A stretch of 64,000 bases of DNA from Felis catus (Eukaryota), in assembly GCF_018350175.1 (NCBI RefSeq), contig NC_058368.1:204168001-204232000 (forward strand), read 5' to 3'. Below are positions 60,801 through 64,000 of this stretch, piece after piece. Numbering within the stretch: position 1 is the stretch's first letter; every line of letters begins with the position of its first letter. The position numbers and the translations under genes were made by a program. A model generated the notes under the pieces. The model saw only the letters and a program-made list of their open reading frames with translations. It did no database searches and had not been told where the DNA came from.

Positions 60801-62090
60801 TGAAGAATATTCCTATCCTGAACTAGTGAAAGTAGTTTGGTACAAAGGTGTAACTTATCGGTAAGGCACCAGTGTTGGAAGTATTTAGTGATGTCTGAGG
60901 AGATGGGACTAACCTTGCAGACAGACTCCCACAAAAGGACACAGTTTGGCAAGGGCCATCATTCTTATGTTTGGTCCTACGTTTTATAGGTCTTAAAACT
61001 TAGTTTTATTAGTGCACACAGGAGTCTTGTGACTAATTCACATTAACCATATTCACAAGATTTTTGTGACAACTCCAGAGCCAGTGAGGCTTAGTTTTGC
61101 TACTGAATGAAATACTTAGGTCAGTTATTTAGGATACCCCTTCCAAGCATCGGGGGATCTAGTTGTCTGAATTAGTCACATCAAAATGTTGCCTATTGAG
61201 CATGGAATTAGAGAAGATTAGAGGCTCCTCTGTGTCTGCACTATTCCATTGAATTATCCCTACCCCACCACAAAGTACACCTCTCTAGTGACTAGAATAC
61301 TAATGTTGGCTAGATTTAGGGTTTTACTTCTATAAATAATGCTAGAATAGCATTGTAAGATTTTGTTCTTAGGGCTTTCCTTTTCTTGCATGAAAGCCCA
61401 TCCCCTTCTGACAATATATTCTTCATATATTTCTCAGTAAAAACTGACTTGGCTGAAGTTTTGTACATTATATATACCCAGTACCTTGATTATACTTGGC
61501 TACTTCAAATATGATTAGTCACCTTCTCTTAGGGATGGCTCCTTTTACACATGGCTAATCTCATTCATCAGGTATAGATTCAACTAGTTTGATTATTAAA
61601 GAATTATCTTATTTTCAGGCTCTGGTGTTGTCATATTTAACCCCTTTGCAATGGGCATTTCTTTGGTGACTAGTATATGCCAGCTACTATGATTGGCAGA
61701 AGGGACACCAGGATGATAAGATGCCTGAGCTCCAGAAACTAGGCTTAGCTGTTGAAATAGATACATTAACTGATTCTGTGTGTTCTGTTTATTGTTTGCA
61801 AAAAATTTAATTTAGCCAATTGGGTGCAAAGTATGAAATTATCTGTTTTGCTGGATAGGCAGAATTCCATATAGTACTTTGCTTTATTTTTTCTTTTTTG
61901 ATTGCTCTCATTTATGTTTTAATCTTAATGAGAAAAAAAAATTTAATGATTACTTTTCTTCCTTAGACTTACCCATAAAAATGTGAACTCAATAGAGATT
62001 TATCCTGGAGATGGCTCTGTTTTCAAATCTGAGGGAGCTTATTTTGGGAGCTATTTTACTTATTATTCCATTCAGGAAGGATCAGAAGAG
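54254..62090 (+). CDS. C5orf34: C5orf34 orthologue, uncharacterised protein, 5' partial CDS: join(54254-54448,54608-54697,58390-59036,60762-60860,61967-62090); continues beyond window
   Basis: Five GT-AG, phase-consistent exons (1155 nt, 385 codons, no stop): MAAEVRMVLYEDDSVQVQYADGSRLQLSPCGSEFLFEK...WNFCDSL...LVKVVWYKGVTYRLTHKNVNSIEIYPGDGSVFKSEGAYFG; resembles human C5orf34 as recalled and sits just downstream of PAIP1, as in the recalled human gene order. Confidence 0.9.
54608..54697 (+). CDS. C5orf34: C5orf34 coding exon 2
   Basis: tttctttctgtag|GAG; EQLQRALDFRNSFATCPFLSESIIPSERKK; donor AAG|GTAATT; 90 nt. Confidence 0.92.
54849..58139. mobile_element. SINE cluster in the C5orf34 intron: (TA)n 54849-54889; - 54890-55091, 55300-55402, 55555-55768, 56810-57010, 57115-57316, 57680-57892, 57915-58139; + 56560-56760
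   Basis: Recurrent CAN-SINE motifs; coordinates approximate. Confidence 0.85.
58390..59036 (+). CDS. C5orf34: C5orf34 coding exon 3 (large, 647 nt)
   Basis: tctcctcaactcag|CGT; RIFIDFSEVRWPS...WVKQWWPVASCPEEWKYPLSLAL...LPRALLLSCPVPHLH(R); donor CAG|GTAATG; matches the 237-aa ORF 58327-59040. Confidence 0.93.
59680..59888 (-). mobile_element. MIR
   Basis: taataatggtaatagctaacac...gtgccgggcac...gaggaatctgagacacag...ggtcacgtagctagt...gggtttgagcccaggtagtct. Confidence 0.8.
60762..60860 (+). CDS. C5orf34: C5orf34 coding exon 4
   Basis: gtccttcacag|G; WNFCDSLSQGQFDEEYSYPELVKVVWYKGVTY(R); donor CG|GTAAGG; 99 nt. Confidence 0.92.
61967..62090 (+). CDS. C5orf34: C5orf34 coding exon 5
   Basis: ttttcttccttag|A; LTHKNVNSIEIYPGDGSVFKSEGAYFGSYFTYYSIQEGSEE; donor GAG|GTAAGC; 124 nt. 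Confidence 0.92.
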
Positions 62091-63006
62091 GTAAGCTGAC
62101 AATGAGTTTTCAGCTCAAGAAGGCTTTTGTATATAGCTCTTTCTAAATAATTCTGAACATACATAGGACATTTGATCTTTATATAATACTGCTTGCCTAC
62201 TACTATGCAGTCTGGAGAGTTAATACAACGTTACTGCCAGCTGTGGCACAGTGATTACTAACCACCTTATGTTTATTGCATTCTCCTCCTGTATTCTGCC
62301 AGTCATTTGCCTAAGTAATTTCCATTTATTTTTTTTTTTTAAGATTTTATTTTTAAGTAATATCTACACCCAAGGTGGGGCTTGCACTTACAACCCCGAG
62401 ATCAAGAGTTGCACACTGTACTGACTGATCCAGCCAGGTGCCCCAATTTGTGTTTAAATCAGAAGTTAAATTTAAATTTCTTATGTCACAGAATTCATCA
62501 ATACTAAAACCAGTAGCATATCTTTGAATTAATATATGCACATTAAAAGCACATTCTTTTTTCCCCACCATGTTATTATTTGCATGTTTAAAATACCTCT
62601 TAACTCCTGAATCTTTATATACAAGTAGAAAGTTGAACAAGGTTGTTCTCTGTTGTTGAAATAGTGAAATATAACGATATATTTAATATATCAGGCCGAA
62701 ATGTAATCATATGGATATATTGTCAATAGTCTAAATTTGCTTGTTCCCAATCTGACATTTGACATCCACCCTTATGTATGGATCACCATGGTATCACATG
62801 GCTTTGCTTTGCAGAATGGAACATAATATGTATGTTTTCTTTTTATATTACAGTGTGGAATTTTGAGTGATAAATTGTTTATCACTTGTTCCATCTGTAC
62901 TTCCCACTGCTCCCTCCACTCCCTATTTATTTTTAAGTAAATCCCAAATATCTGCATTCATTAAAATTTTAGAATGAATATTTCATTTTATATATATGTG
63001 GGGGGG

Positions 63007-63009
63007 GTA

Positions 63010-63044
<35 letters not shown>

Positions 63045-63293
63045 ACACACATACATACATACATACATACATACATACATGTATGCAGATTCCCCACTGG
63101 GTCCATTTGCAAGAAAGTATTCATTTATTCAATCAATACATCTTAACTGAACCTTCCTAGGCAGGCACTCTGTCAAGCACTGGGTGAAGAGAAAGAACTC
63201 CTTCCCTCAAGGGTTCAAAGTTTAGTAGTCAGTCAGACAGGCCAAGAAGCACATGAAATGAAAGCATGACCACTGCTGTGTGTGCGTGTGCGT

Positions 63294-63331
<38 letters not shown>
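63007..63331. repeat. Microsatellites: (GT)n-(AC)n-(ATAC)n at 63007-63082 and (GTGC/GT)n at 63277-63331
   Basis: Direct reading. Confidence 0.95.
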
Positions 63332-63639
63332 AGTACATGAGATCATCAAGTAAACAGGCAAATAGAGGGGTGTGTGCAGTTACACTGCTGACTGGTGTGT
63401 ACTGAGAGTTTGAAAAAGTACAGGATAAATACTGTACATCTTCCTGGAGCTTCAGTTTTACTCAGAGGTGTCAGGGGGAGGATGATAATTTTCATACTGA
63501 AGCAAACATATCATGGAGGAGAACATGAGCTTTGGGATAAAACAGGACTTCCAGATGACCTGTGCCTTTGTGGTAGACTGCTGAGGGCTTCACTCTCAGA
63601 CCTCTGTCCACTTGAGTAAGAGATTTAGAAACAATTGGC

Positions 63640-64000
63640 TATCTTTTCAGGATAGAATTATTTGCTTCTTACTTTAACCCATGCTCTAAAAATAAATTCC
63701 AGATGGGTTAAAGGGCTAAATGTAAGAAACCAAAGTTTATCATTGTTAGAAGAAAATCTAGAAGAACAATGTTTATAATCTTGGGGGAGGGGAGGTCTTC
63801 TTAAATACAGTACAAAACACCAGAAGGCACAAAATAAAAGTTTGGTAACCTTGGTAAACTTACGTTAAATTTTAAATATTTAATTTTTGTTAAATTAGAT
63901 AAAGCCAAAAAGTCAAAGGTCTGGAAAAAACTATTCTGTACTATAAATCAGTAATAAAAAACCAAAAAAAAATAAAAACCTCTCATAGAAAAATGAATAA
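63640..64000 (+). mobile_element. Old L1 ORF2 3' fragment
   Basis: aaaataaattccagatgggttaaagggctaaatgtaag...tagaagaaaatctagaagaa...ctggaaaaaactatt. Confidence 0.6.

Noticed and set aside
1318..62443. tRNA-like A/B boxes (TGGCTCAGT..GG, GAGTTCGAGCCC)
   Set aside because: These are tRNA-derived SINE heads followed by CT tracts and A tails; no standalone cloverleaf tRNA seen.

Overview
Mammalian (carnivore, very likely felid) genomic DNA, identified by dense CAN-SINE/SINEC_Fc-type tRNA-derived SINEs plus L1, L2, MIR, MaLR/ERVL LTRs and DNA-transposon fossils. It holds two + strand spliced genes. (1) The complete PAIP1 gene (poly(A)-binding protein-interacting protein 1): CpG-island promoter ~14.5-15.9 kb and 11 coding exons from 15334 to 44522, all GT-AG and phase-consistent, 1443 nt = 480 aa with PAM2, MIF4G and acidic PAM1 regions. 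Its 3'UTR runs to ~45.63 kb with several poly(A) signals. (2) The 5' part of a C5orf34 orthologue: promoter ~50.2-50.7 kb and five coding exons from 54254 to 62090; the gene continues past the window. The first ~14 kb is repeat-rich intergenic DNA with nested insertions. The most unusual object is a 3267-nt adenine-free polypyrimidine array in PAIP1 intron 9 (37582-40848). It grows out of the (CT)n tract of a SINE, is organised in blocks with 18/22/12/10-nt periods, and causes the six spurious >1100-aa ORFs. I see no convincing new multi-gene system; the findings are regulatory, structural and evolutionary observations. Gene and repeat-family names come from recall and were not database-checked.
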